A stretch of 63,339 nucleotides of DNA, filler included, from Thraustochytrium aureum (taxonomy: Eukaryota): the NCBI GenBank assembly GCA_012862495.1. It is 5 parts of 3 records of this genome, joined end to end, with 100 filler letters (N's around TTAATTAATTAA, not from the genome) between each part and the next. Parts side by side here need not be neighbours in the genome. Positions count along the whole stretch, not along the records: positions 1 to 18,058 come from BLSG01000270.1; positions 18,159 to 44,177 come from BLSG01000270.1; 3 more parts are not named here. One strand, written 5' to 3'. A program made the position numbers and the translations under genes. Below the pieces are notes generated by a model. The model was not told the DNA's origin. It ran no database searches and saw only the letters and a list, made by a program, of their open reading frames with translations. Of this stretch, positions 11,297 through 22,056 are shown piece by piece (position 1 is the stretch's first letter; the number at the start of each line of letters is the position of its first letter).

Positions 11297-12108
11297 TGGG
11301 GCGGCTCACGCGGAGGCGGGGTGCTCGTTCTCCCTTGCGCGGCTGCCTCTGTTCTGAGGCGCGGAGGGGCTCGGGAGGGAAGGGCGGCTGCGATTGATTC
11401 GCCCCTCTGGAGACAGGGGAATGTGCATCGGTTGTTGGAGGCCGCTCGCTCCCCTTCTGCCCGTCTCTCTCTCTCTGCCTCTCTCCGCTCCCTCATGGCC
11501 CGTTGGAAGGCGCGGTGGTCGGATGGTTGCTCGTCGTCGGTGCCTCTCCCTCTCCCTCCCTCGCTCCGGCCGTCCGTCTGAGGGCGCGACCGAGCAGAAC
11601 AGGTGTTGGTTCGAGCGACGACTCGGAGCAGGAAGTTGGCCTCGATGAGCAGCAGCTGCAGCGCTTGCTTCCTCGCGCGTGAGTACACTCTGCTCTGCTC
11701 TGCTCACGCACCAACTTACTTCCCTTTTACTCATGCGAGAGCCATCAGCCAGTGACGGGCGACGACAGACTGAATGACTGACGGACGAGCAGGCAGGAAT
11801 CGCTGGTCCTCCCGACCTGCCTCTCGGCGCCTCTCGGCGAATCCGCCCGGCTGGTGCTGCGTGAAGAGGATGGATGGGATGGATGGGAGCGCGGCACCTT
11901 GACGGGGTGATCGATCGGCTGGGACACCTGGACGTGGCTGGTTGGGAAGACAGCGGACCTGCACGCACGCACGCACGAACAACACTTCGTTTCGTGCTCT
12001 ACTGGCGAACGCCCGCGTGCCTGCCTGCGTGCCTGCCCGCCTGCGTGCCAAAGTCCGCATCCTCGACCACGCGCAACGCCAGTCTTGTGCTGTGGCGGTT
12101 TCCCATGT

Positions 12109-12339
12109 TCATGAGAAAGAGATGCGCGGGACGTACCCGTCTCCGCTCTCGTCCTCGTCCTCGTCGGAGATGGACGAGGCCGAGACCGGCTCGAGCGACG
12201 TCGATGTCGGGGTGCGCGTCCGGATGCGGTCCAGAGGCATGCACAGCACAGCGCCCCACAGCACGACCGCGAGCAGCAAGGCGTACACGGTGGCACTCAA
12301 CGTGAAGAGCGGGGTCTGCGTGTTGGCGAGCCAGCCGAT
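12109..12339 (-). CDS. C-terminal fragment of a membrane protein (possibly an MFS transporter)
   Basis: IGWLA..., then a hydrophobic helix (TVYALLLAVVLWGAVLCM) and an acidic tail. The rest lies in the gap. Confidence 0.4.
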   Translation of the reverse strand: MGWLANTQTPLFTLSATVYALLLAVVLWGAVLCMPLDRIRTRTPTSTSLEPVSASSISDEDEDESGDGYVPRISFS

Positions 12340-13305
12340 NNNNNNNNNNNNNNNNNNNNNNNNNNNNNNNNNNNNNNNNNNNNNNNNNNNNNNNNNNNNN
12401 NNNNNNNNNNNNNNNNNNNNNNNNNNNNNNNNNNNNNNNNNNNNNNNNNNNNNNNNNNNNNNNNNNNNNNNNNNNNNNNNNNNNNNNNNNNNNNNNNNNN
12501 NNNNNNNNNNNNNNNNNNNNNNNNNNNNNNNNNNNNNNNNNNNNNNNNNNNNNNNNNNNNNNNNNNNNNNNNNNNNNNNNNNNNNNNNNNNNNNNNNNNN
12601 NNNNNNNNNNNNNNNNNNNNNNNNNNNNNNNNNNNNNNNNNNNNNNNNNNNNNNNNNNNNNNNNNNNNNNNNNNNNNNNNNNNNNNNNNNNNNNNNNNNN
12701 NNNNNNNNNNNNNNNNNNNNNNNNNNNNNNNNNNNNNNNNNNNNNNNNNNNNNNNNNNNNNNNNNNNNNNNNNNNNNNNNNNNNNNNNNNNNNNNNNNNN
12801 NNNNNNNNNNNNNNNNNNNNNNNNNNNNNNNNNNNNNNNNNNNNNNNNNNNNNNNNNNNNNNNNNNNNNNNNNNNNNNNNNNNNNNNNNNNNNNNNNNNN
12901 NNNNNNNNNNNNNNNNNNNNNNNNNNNNNNNNNNNNNNNNNNNNNNNNNNNNNNNNNNNNNNNNNNNNNNNNNNNNNNNNNNNNNNNNNNNNNNNNNNNN
13001 NNNNNNNNNNNNNNNNNNNNNNNNNNNNNNNNNNNNNNNNNNNNNNNNNNNNNNNNNNNNNNNNNNNNNNNNNNNNNNNNNNNNNNNNNNNNNNNNNNNN
13101 NNNNNNNNNNNNNNNNNNNNNNNNNNNNNNNNNNNNNNNNNNNNNNNNNNNNNNNNNNNCTCAATGCACCCTGTTCGTGTTGCGAATCTATCTTTTTCTT
13201 CTTGTTTTTTTTCTCCGTCGTCCTCATCCTCACCCCGACTCGCGCGGGCAGAGCGCGGCCGCGGAGGGCCCGCAGGTGCAGCAGCGCGCAGCTGGCCGGC
13301 GCCTC

Positions 13306-13350
13306 GCAGGCAGGCAGGCAGGCACGCAGGCAAGCAGGCAGGCAGGCAGG
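13306..13350. repeat. (GCAG)n tetranucleotide microsatellite
   Basis: gcaggcaggcaggcaggcacgcaggcaagcaggcaggcaggcagg. Confidence 0.8.
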
Positions 13351-13427
13351 CCCCGTAGACGCTCGAGGTCGTGGAGCCACGGGCAAGGCTCGCGCACGGC
13401 TTTGCTGCGGTTTTGCACCGCGCCGCG

Positions 13428-13987
13428 ATGCTCGACCCGCGCAACGAGATCGTGGAGGGCGAAGGGCGTGCCGCAGGGTGCATCAGGAGGAACTTTTCGC
13501 CGAGGCGAGCCGTGCTGCTGCTGACGTTTGTGCTGTTTCTGAACTATGTGGACCGCGGGATCGTCGCTGGCGCGGGGAACAGCATCAAAGGCTGCGTCGC
13601 TAGCGTGGCCGACTGCGGCAAGCTGCGGCCGATCGAGACGTGCGGCGGGGCGACGAACCGGAGCTCAATATGCGACCAGTGTCGCGTGTGCGGGCAGGTG
13701 TGCAAGGGCGAGCTCATCGAGCAGACCGGGTTCGGGATCAACACCGGCCAGCTCGGCGTCCTGCAGAGCACGTTCATGATCGGGTACGTCATCGGCGCGG
13801 TGGCCTTCGCGCAAGTCGCCAACCGCGTTCGCCCCTTCAAGCTGATCAGCATCGGGCTGGGGATCTGGACGGTGGCCACGCTGGGCTCGGGGCTGGCCGG
13901 CTGGCTCTGCACGCGGCGGGGTCGATCGGCCGGTCCGCGCGCGGCACCGAGGCGCTCATCGGGCCGCGGGGCATGGCCTCCTACTAG
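13428..13987 (+). pseudogene. Truncated Spinster-family MFS transporter (first ~3 TM helices only)
   Basis: LNYVDRGIVAGA, QLGVLQSTFMIGY and PFKLISIGLGIW are Spinster motifs. Homology is lost at ~13910 with no N gap, and the next gene starts at 14278. Confidence 0.6.
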
Positions 13988-14277
13988 CAGCTCGTCTGCT
14001 CTGCCGAGGTCAAGTGCGCGCGCAGCAGCCGCGAGCACTCCACGCACGAACGGGCGGCCTTTTCAGCGGCATCCTCGTCATTCACGTCACGAGGACCCGT
14101 GAGTGACGAGAGGGCGCGGTTGGCCGCGCAGAACAGAGAGCTGCTCGCGCGGGTCAACGGACAAGTGCGCCGCGAGGCAGGCGAGCGGCAGAGCAGCATT
14201 GCGAGCGACTCCGGGCGGCGCGCAGGGCAGACTGTAGCTAGAGAGTAGCAGAGCGCAGAGCGCGCGCGGCAGGGGCG

Positions 14278-16435
14278 ATGGACGCGCAGTGGCTCAAGGA
14301 CAACGTGGGCGAGGCGCTGACGCAGGCCATGCTGGACCTCGCAAAAAACCAGCCTCTCGACCCGATCGAGTTTCTTGGCAAGCACCTCGTCAACTATGTC
14401 GAGGTGAAGGAGCGCGAGGCCGCGCTGAGCGAGCTGGTCGCGCGCGCGCAGGTGCGCTCCGCGAGCGAGGAGAAGGAGGCCGAGGCTGCGGCGGAGATCC
14501 GCCGGGGCGCCGAGGCCAAGCAAGCCGAAGAGTCGGAGCGACGAGCGTCCGTGCTGACTGCGTTCCAGGCCCCGTGCGAGGTCGAGTTCGAGGACGCCAA
14601 GCACGGCGAGTCAAGCGACAAGGGCGTCGCGGACGACCTCGGGGCGCTCGCGCACGCCAAGCTCGAAGAGGCCGTCGAAGCCATCAAGGCCGAGACGAGC
14701 GNNNNNNNNNNNNNNNNNNNNNNNNNNNNNNNNNNNNNNNNNNNNNNNNNNNNNNNNNNNNNNNNNNNNNNNNNNNNNNNNNNNNNNNNNNNNNNNNNNN
14801 NNNNNNNNNNNNNNNNNNNNNNNNNNNNNNNNNNNNNNNNNNNNNNNNNNNNNNNNNNNNNNNNNNNNNNNNNNNNNNNNNNNNNNNNNNNNNNNNNNNN
14901 NNNNNNNNNNNNNNNNNNNNNNNNNNNNNNNCGCAACCAACGTGTACATCGGCCGCAAGAACGCCGACGGCTCGGTCACCTTTGTGGCCTCCTCTGACCC
15001 GGCCCTCATGGGCCAGACGCTCGTCAACCAGGAGGACGACGAGGGCGCCTCCACTGTGCTGCCGTTCGATGTGTTCAAGGCCCCGCCCCCCAGCGAACTA
15101 GACGAGGAGGAAGCGGAACCCAACCCCGCCGAAGACGGCGAGGAGGCCGACCCCAGCGCGCAGCCGCCGGCCCCGAAAGAGGAGCCGTTGCCGCAGTATG
15201 CTCACATCCCAAATGTCTTGCGAGACGACCGCGTGCCCTTCTTTGACCGCGTGCCGACTGTTGGCTCTTTCCTCGCCGTCCACGTCCCGTTCAAGCAATC
15301 GATCCACGGATCAGCCATCCCTGAAGATGGCGGTCTTATCGTGCCCGAGGAGCCCGAGCAGGCCGAGAAGGCCGAAGGCGACGCCGACGCACCTGCCGCC
15401 GACGCCGAGGGCGACACAGAGGCAGAGGCCCCGGGCGAGGGGGCGGACGCTGACGCGAGCGCAAGTGGCGGTACGGAGGAAGGCGCTGAGCAGGCAACCG
15501 ATTCGCCGCCGGCCAAGCAGTGGCGCTGCGTGCAGCAAGACGCGTCGCTTGTCATTTGCCTCGACACGCTCGGCGCGCAAGACTACCGAGACGGCCTTCC
15601 AGAGGCCGAAATTGAGTGGGTGCGGGCCTTGGCGCGCTCGCTCGGCAGCGCCCTTACGGCCACCGAAGAAGAGAGGTACCAGTCCGAGATGCGCCTGCGA
15701 GACCAACTCGCAGCGTCGGAGGAGGCGGACAAGGCGACGCTCGCGAGCGAAAAGGAGCAGGTCGACCTGGCTACCGCCCAGGCTATCGAGGCCTACGACA
15801 AACAGTTTGAGATCCCCGAGCCGGCCGAAGGCCAAGCTGAGGCAGCGGAGGAGGGCGCTGAGCCCCCCGCTGAAACCGCCCCCGCCCCCGAGATCCCGAC
15901 CGCGTCTGACGAAGAAAAGGCCTTCAAGCGCGCTGCAATCGCCTTGGAAGAGGCGATCAAGGTCCTCGGCGCCGCGACATGGTGGAAGGCCGCGCTCCGC
16001 GCGTTCCGCAAGCAGTGTATCGAGCCGGCGCCAGAGGTGCAGTCTGCCATGTCGGTTCTCTTCCGCGTCTTCGGCGTCCTCGACGGCCAGTCCTCGTGGG
16101 ACGAGCTCAAGCAGGTCGACCTCGAAGAGCTCGCCCGCCGCGTTGCTGCCTTTGATGCTGCCGAGTGCGGCTCTGAGTCGAGCTGCGGGCTGGACGGGGA
16201 GAAGGGCAAGGCCTTGCTCGAAGAGCTCGATGCCGTCGCGCTCACGGACGAGTCCCCCAGCTGGGCTCGCGCCCTAGCCATGCTCGCGCGCTTCAGCCTC
16301 GATGCCGTCGTGGCGAGTGCTGCGCTCGCGGCCCACCTTGCCGAGCTTCAGGCTGCAAAGGAGGCCGCAGAGGCCGAGGCCGCGGCGGCAGCCGCTGCAG
16401 AGGCGGCAGAGGCCGCTGCCGAGGCAAGCGATTAA
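14278..16435 (+). CDS. Dpy-30 motif protein with a GAF-like region and Ala/Glu/Pro-rich segments (radial spoke RSP2-like); spans gap 14702-14931
   Basis: WLKDNVGEALTQAMLDLAKNQPLDPIEFLGKHL is a Dpy-30 motif. After the gap come VYIG..., HIPNVLRD.RVPFF..PTVGSFLAV and ICLDTLG, resembling the GAF-like region of RSP2/EFCAB5-type proteins. Confidence 0.6.
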
Positions 16436-17287
16436 GTCAGCAGCAGAGCCACTGCTCAACACCAAAGCAAAGCCGGTCGCGCCATCAGCGTCCTCGGAGT
16501 TATGTACTAGAGGCCATACCAAAGCAACTTCAGCAACCTCGTTCCGTTCGACCAACCACGGCAACCGAACTCAACCTGACACCGACGAGCTGTTGCTCGC
16601 AGTCGCGCGTGCTGCGCTGGCCACCCGACCCAGCGACCGCGTCCGCCGACCGCTCGCAAATGCGCGAGCGCATGCGGGACGCGGCCACGTCTCTGCCCTG
16701 GCGCGCCTTGTGGTGTCGGTTTTTGTTGTTTGCAGTGCGTTTTTGGCTNNNNNNNNNNNNNNNNNNNNNNNNNNNNNNNNNNNNNNNNNNNNNNNNNNNN
16801 NNNNNNNNNNNNNNNNNNNNNNNNNNNNNNNNNNNNNNNNNNNNNNNNNNNNNNNNNNNNNNNNNNNNNNNNNNNNNNNNNNNNNNNNNNNNNNNNNNNN
16901 NNNNNNNNNNNNNNNNNNNNNNNNNNNNNNNNNNNNNNNNNNNNNNNNNNNNNNNNNNNNNNNNNNNNNNNNNNNNNNNNNNNNNNNNNNNNNNNNNNNN
17001 NNNNNNNNNNNNNNNNNNNNNNNNNNNNNNNNNNNNNNNNNNNNNNNNNNNNNNNNNNNNNNNNNNNNNNNNNNNNNNNNNNNNNNNNNNNNNNNNNNNN
17101 NNNNNNNNNNNNNNNNNNNNNNNNNNNNNNNNNNNNNNNNNNNNNNNNNNNNNNNNNNNNNNNNNNNNNNNNNNNNNNNNNNNNNNNNNNNNNNNNNNNN
17201 NNNNNNNNNNNNNNCTCGCGGTTGGACGCGTCCAGCTCGGGGCCCTCAGCGCGCGCGCGCGCCCGTCGCCCACGTCGCTAGGGCCAG

Positions 17288-17947
17288 ATGACGCTCCCCG
17301 AGGCAGGGGCTACGGCGCCCGAAAGCGAGCAGGACGCGCTGGCGCTGGCGCTCGTCGAGACGGAAAGGGCCATACGCAACGAGGCGCTCGAACAAACGCG
17401 GCGCGCCGTCGGGGCGGCGCATGTGACGGATGAACTGGTGCAGGCAGAACTCGCCGACAAGGCTGCTCGCCTCGCCGACGTTCTCGCCGACACCGAGATG
17501 CTAGAAGGCGAGGCTGGTCCTGACGAGGAGACCGCTGCGCTGGAGCGGACGAGGCTGCAGCTCGCCTGGCAGCTCTTGCACGAGACCGCCATGACGTTCA
17601 CGACGGCCGCGACGCTGCTGGAGGAGCGGAACCGCAAGTCAGTGCCTGCCAAGCAGGAGGACCTTGAGCTGCTGACCAGGTATGTGGACAGCCTGGCCCT
17701 CAAGTGCGAGTCGCTCACTGTGGAGTGCGAGCACAGCATGTACGGGTCCACGGAACAGCAAAAGGTGCTGAGCTTGCTGGGCTCGACGCTGGAGCGGAGC
17801 ATCTCGCACGAGTCCGAGGCGATTGCTCGGCTCCGCGTCGAGCTCGACAGGCTCAACCACTTGCCCTCAGCGTTGGTCGAGGAGTTTGTCAAGGTGCGAG
17901 AGGCGATCGCGGAGAAGGCCGAGTACATCGGGCGGCTCCAACGGTAG
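17288..17947 (+). CDS. Coiled-coil protein, possibly HAUS4 (augmin subunit 4)-like
   Basis: 219-aa helical ORF. The C-terminus (SLALKCESL...MYG...LVEEFVKVREAIAEK) loosely follows the HAUS4 C-terminal pattern as I recall it. Confidence 0.4.
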   Translation: MTLPEAGATAPESEQDALALALVETERAIRNEALEQTRRAVGAAHVTDELVQAELADKAARLADVLADTEMLEGEAGPDEETAALERTRLQLAWQLLHETAMTFTTAATLLEERNRKSVPAKQEDLELLTRYVDSLALKCESLTVECEHSMYGSTEQQKVLSLLGSTLERSISHESEAIARLRVELDRLNHLPSALVEEFVKVREAIAEKAEYIGRLQR

Positions 17948-18058
17948 CCGCCGCCGCCTCCTGGAGGGGGCTCGTCTCAATAAGGAACCCATTCGTTGCA
18001 CTTTCATTACTACTTCCTCTCTGGCTCCTGGCCACTTGAGCTAGGCCTTGGAGGGAGG

Positions 18059-18158
18059 NNNNNNNNNNNNNNNNNNNNNNNNNNNNNNNNNNNNNNNNNN
18101 NNTTAATTAATTAANNNNNNNNNNNNNNNNNNNNNNNNNNNNNNNNNNNNNNNNNNNN
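18059..18158. other. Artificial scaffold-joining linker
   Basis: 44 N + TTAATTAATTAA (stops in all six frames) + 44 N. Confidence 0.97.
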
Positions 18159-18544
18159 GAGTGGCCGACGACAGAGATGCGCCGTAGCGAGCCGCGGTGC
18201 TCCTCGAGCGCTTCCTTGACTTGCTCATAGTTGCGCTGAGTGCCCTTCTCGACTCCGTCCAAGGTCTGAAGCCACCCGTTGTTGCGCGACACAGCCAGCA
18301 CGACAAAGTCGCGCCCGTGCTCGGGGTCCTGCTCGAGGTGTCGCTTAAAGTTGGCAAAGTCGTCTTCGCTCCCGAGCAGGCCGTGGACGAGCACAACAAG
18401 GTGGCTCTTCGGTTCGACAACGCCCGGCGCGGCTCGGGACTCGTCCGCCTCGAGCGTCTCGGCGGCGCTCGTTTCGCCAGGCAGCCGTTTCCTTGGGCCA
18501 GCCCCCGCGCCGTCCTCGCCGTGCATCCTTCGCTTGAGTCCCAT
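18159..18544 (-). CDS. DUF676 putative serine esterase/lipase (alpha/beta hydrolase), 3' truncated at scaffold end
   Basis: HLVVLVHGLLGSEDD, TLDGVEKG and RISVVGHS (start of the nucleophile elbow). Confidence 0.85.
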
Positions 18545-19304
18545 GGACCAACTCTCGCAACCTCAGCGCGGCGCGCGGCCGGCCGTCCGCGCCTCGCGCA
18601 GCCCGCGGCGCGCACCGTACGGCACTAGCCAGCACCAGCACCAGCCAGGTCCTGCGAGGTCGAGTTGGTCGATTGGCGCCGAAGATGCCGACTCGCGCGG
18701 CGCCCGACCACGCGCGACTGAGGCGTCCGTTCTCTGGCGCGGAGACCTGGCGCCGCAGGCCGAGCCGCGCTCGACGCGCTCCGAGAGGAGGACTGGGGCA
18801 CTGGACGGGCGCGCGCGACTCGACCAACTCGCGAACCGTGCGCACAAGTGAAAGTGAGTACTCTACTATGACTGCAGTTGAGTACCTCCTCGGAGGACTC
18901 GTGTAACGTATGACTCGAGTGAGGACTTCGCGTGCCGGCGGGTGCTCGACGTCGCGAGCGCGGCCAGTGCCTACGGTCTGCGACCGTGGCCGACAAGAGC
19001 TCGTCGTGCTGCGACGGAACGCACGCGAGCATGCCTTGTGGCGGCGCTGGTCGGCGGTACAGATTTGCCGGTTTTGTCGTGCAAGACGACGGGTCGGCAT
19101 GTCGGATTGCCGTGCCGTGCGGTGGCTGCTGTTGCGGCTTTGAAACGAATGTGCTCAGAACGACCCGCACAACTGTGGAGCTTTCGTGGACCGCTCTGGT
19201 GCTGCTCTGTTCGTGTTGATGTAGGCTGGGGCTCTTCGCGGCTCGAACTGCCCAAGCCAGCAACGAAGGCCCATTGCCGCGCAAAGCCGGCAGAAGCGAA
19301 TGGC

Positions 19305-21779
19305 ATGGACGCCCAGCTGGTCGTACTCACCGCAAGCCATCAACGCACGATCGGCCTCGTCGGAAACACCAATCGAAGGGACAGCAGGAACACAGCGAAC
19401 GGCGCCACAACGGATAGAAAAAATGCAAACGAACAAGGCGATTGCTGGGCAGAATGGCATCAGCGGAAGGCGGCGCAAGAAGACCAAGCAGCAGCAGCAG
19501 CAGCAGGAGAAAATCCCTGCGACGTGCCCCCGAGTCGCTTGCCGCTGAGGCAGAGTCCGCTTTCGACGAGCAGCGGAAAAACCGCGAAACGCAAGGACGG
19601 CAGCAAGTTGTGCACCAGCANNNNNNNNNNNNNNNNNNNNNNNNNNNNNNNNNNNNNNNNNNNNNNNNNNNNNNNNNNNNNNNNNNNNNNNNNNNNNNNN
19701 NNNNNNNNNNNNNNNNNNNNNNNNNNNNNNNNNNNNNNNNNNNNNNNNNNNNNNNNNNNNNNNNNNNNNNNNNNNNNNNNNNNNNNNNNNNNNNNNNNNN
19801 NNNNNNNNNNNNNNNNNNNNNNNNNNNNNNNNNNNNNNNNNNNNNNNNNNNNNNNNNNNNNNNNNNNNNNNNACCAGCGCCTTCGCCGCTTGGCTGGCCT
19901 TTGACTATGGCCGTAGCGGCGGCGAAGCGGCCGGGAGGGCCAAGGCCAAGACGCCGATAACGCCCCGCACGCCAGTGCCGCCCAGTGAAGTGGACGCCGA
20001 GCTGGCCAAACTGCGTGGCAAGGTGACCAAACTGTGCCGCAAGTTTCAGCACGTCGACGAGAGCGAGCGCGAAGAAAAGCACGAGCGCCGCTCGAGAATC
20101 AAGCACTCTCGGGAGCTGCGCAGCCTCCTGGACCAGGCGCGGCGCGCCAAGCTCGAAGCGCTAGAATACACCTCTTACGGGCGCGCCGAACTGGTCGACC
20201 AAGTCAAGAGGCTCACGGGCATTCTCCACGAGGCCAAGCTCGAGTGCGAGGAAAAGGACGAGCGAATCGCGGCGCTCGAGCGCCGCGCCTCTGTACTGCA
20301 GATTCAATCCGAGACGTTAAACAAGCGGCTTGCGCTTGAGCGCAACTACTTTGGCAAGCTCCTGGAGCGCGAGCGGCGCCAGTATGGCATCAAGTTGCAG
20401 CGCGCTTTGCGCGGCGAGGACCCGAGCACAGACCTGGCCGAGGACCTGGACCCGGACCTCGAAGCGCAAATCGACGCGCTCTCGGAGACGAAAGACAAGC
20501 TACACGCCGCATATGCGGAGCGCTATGAACTGCTCGGCCAGATCGCAAAGCCACGCACGCCTCCCGACGAGTCCAAGCTAAGCGACGAGGCCATGCTTGA
20601 CGAAACAAAGCTCAGCGAGCAAGCGCTGGACGAAGGAGGCGAGACCAAGCGCGACGACGCATTCGAGCGCGAGGCGCTGCAAGGTACGTTGCAGAGCGCA
20701 GAGTCAAAGTTTGGCGAACAGCCAAGCGAAGAGTGCGACGACGGCAAGTGCGGCGAGGCCGCAGCATCGCGAGCGCTTGGCGCCGATGAAGCTGCTCCAA
20801 CAGATTCCCAACCTGAGGAGAAGGTTGCGCACGTCGACGAGATCGCTCAAGTGGAGCAAGAGGACCGCGACGGGAACGAAAGCGAGGCCGAGCGGCATCA
20901 CGAGGGGAAGGAGGGAGGGGATGAGTACGAGAGCAAGTCGGCTCGAAACGAGGAGGGTGCCATCCAGGAAGACGACCCCGACTATTTGCAAGCCGAGGCG
21001 GAGACAAAGGAGGAAGACCAGGGAGAAGCCGACGGCGCTGTCCCGGAGGAAGCCGAAGCGGAGGTCGGCGATCCGGTTGCCGACGCCAATGCTGACGGGC
21101 AGCAAGAAGAATGCGCCGACATCCACAACGAGGGCGACGAGGACGACGAGGACGACGAGGACGAGCCTAGCGCGGCCAACGCAAGCGAGGACGATGCCAG
21201 CATGAGGAATGCCGCGGCCCCGGGAGATGACGACGATAATGCCGGTGACGAAGAAGACAATGACGAAAATGGTGAAGAAGAGGAGGAAGGTTGTGAAAAT
21301 GGCGAGGTCGAGATGAGCGATGTCTGCGCTGAGGAGGCCGTGGAAGCAGACTGTCGAGTTGACCAACTAGACAACGACGATGCGGCCTCGGACGACCACG
21401 ACGCCGTTGAAGGCTGTGCAGGCCAATCGGCGAGCATCGACGATAAAGGCGCCGCGTTCGCCGATGATCTGCCAGCCCAGGACGAGGCGCAGTCGCCGAA
21501 CTGCAGCGGCAAAGAAGAGGGTGAAAGCCTCGAGGTCGATGTCGAGCTGGCAGGCAAAGTGGAGCGCGGCGGGCCAAAGACGCCGTTCGGAGCGTCCTAG
21601 CTGCAGACAGCAACCCTGCCAAGTCGGAGGTCGTCTTGCCGAAAGGCTGGACCAAGGAGTGGTCGAGGTCCAAGGAGCGCCACTATTACTTTTGCTACGA
21701 GTCTGGGCTGTCCGTGTGGCGGCTGCAGGACATCCCAGAAAAGTACAAGGTCGACTCCCCGGACGTGCGGTCACAGTGA
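19305..21779 (+). CDS. Coiled-coil and highly acidic protein with a C-terminal WW domain (gap 19621-19872; frameshift at ~21570; start uncertain)
   Basis: ORF 19975-21600 has a coiled coil followed by an Asp/Glu-rich tract. The shifted frame reads LPKGWTKEWSRSKERHYYFCYESGLSVW (21636-21719) and stops at TGA 21777-21779. Confidence 0.7.
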
Positions 21780-22056
21780 CCCTTTGGTTGAAGATAGAAG
21801 AAACGCGCAGCCACTCGCGGAGCGCCGCATCTGGCAACCTACAACGCAAGAAAAGAACGATTCGAATGGATGGTTGGATTTTGTTTTAAAAGCCACACGC
21901 TCCGCTGGCAAAAGTCTTCGGTTGCGCGACATTTCTCCAAGACTGGCCAATCGCGCGCCTGGGTCCCACGACGACGCGACGCAGCGCGGATCGAAAGTGC
22001 AGCCGCACAACCGTTCGAGCGCCTTGGCGCCGCTCACGTTCAATAGGCTCGCTCTT

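Noticed and set aside
18059..18158. TTAATTAATTAA palindrome repeated four times in the window (possible piggyBac TTAA target site or regulatory element)
   Set aside because: It is always centred in exactly 44 N + 44 N, so it is an artificial six-frame-stop linker between scaffolds.
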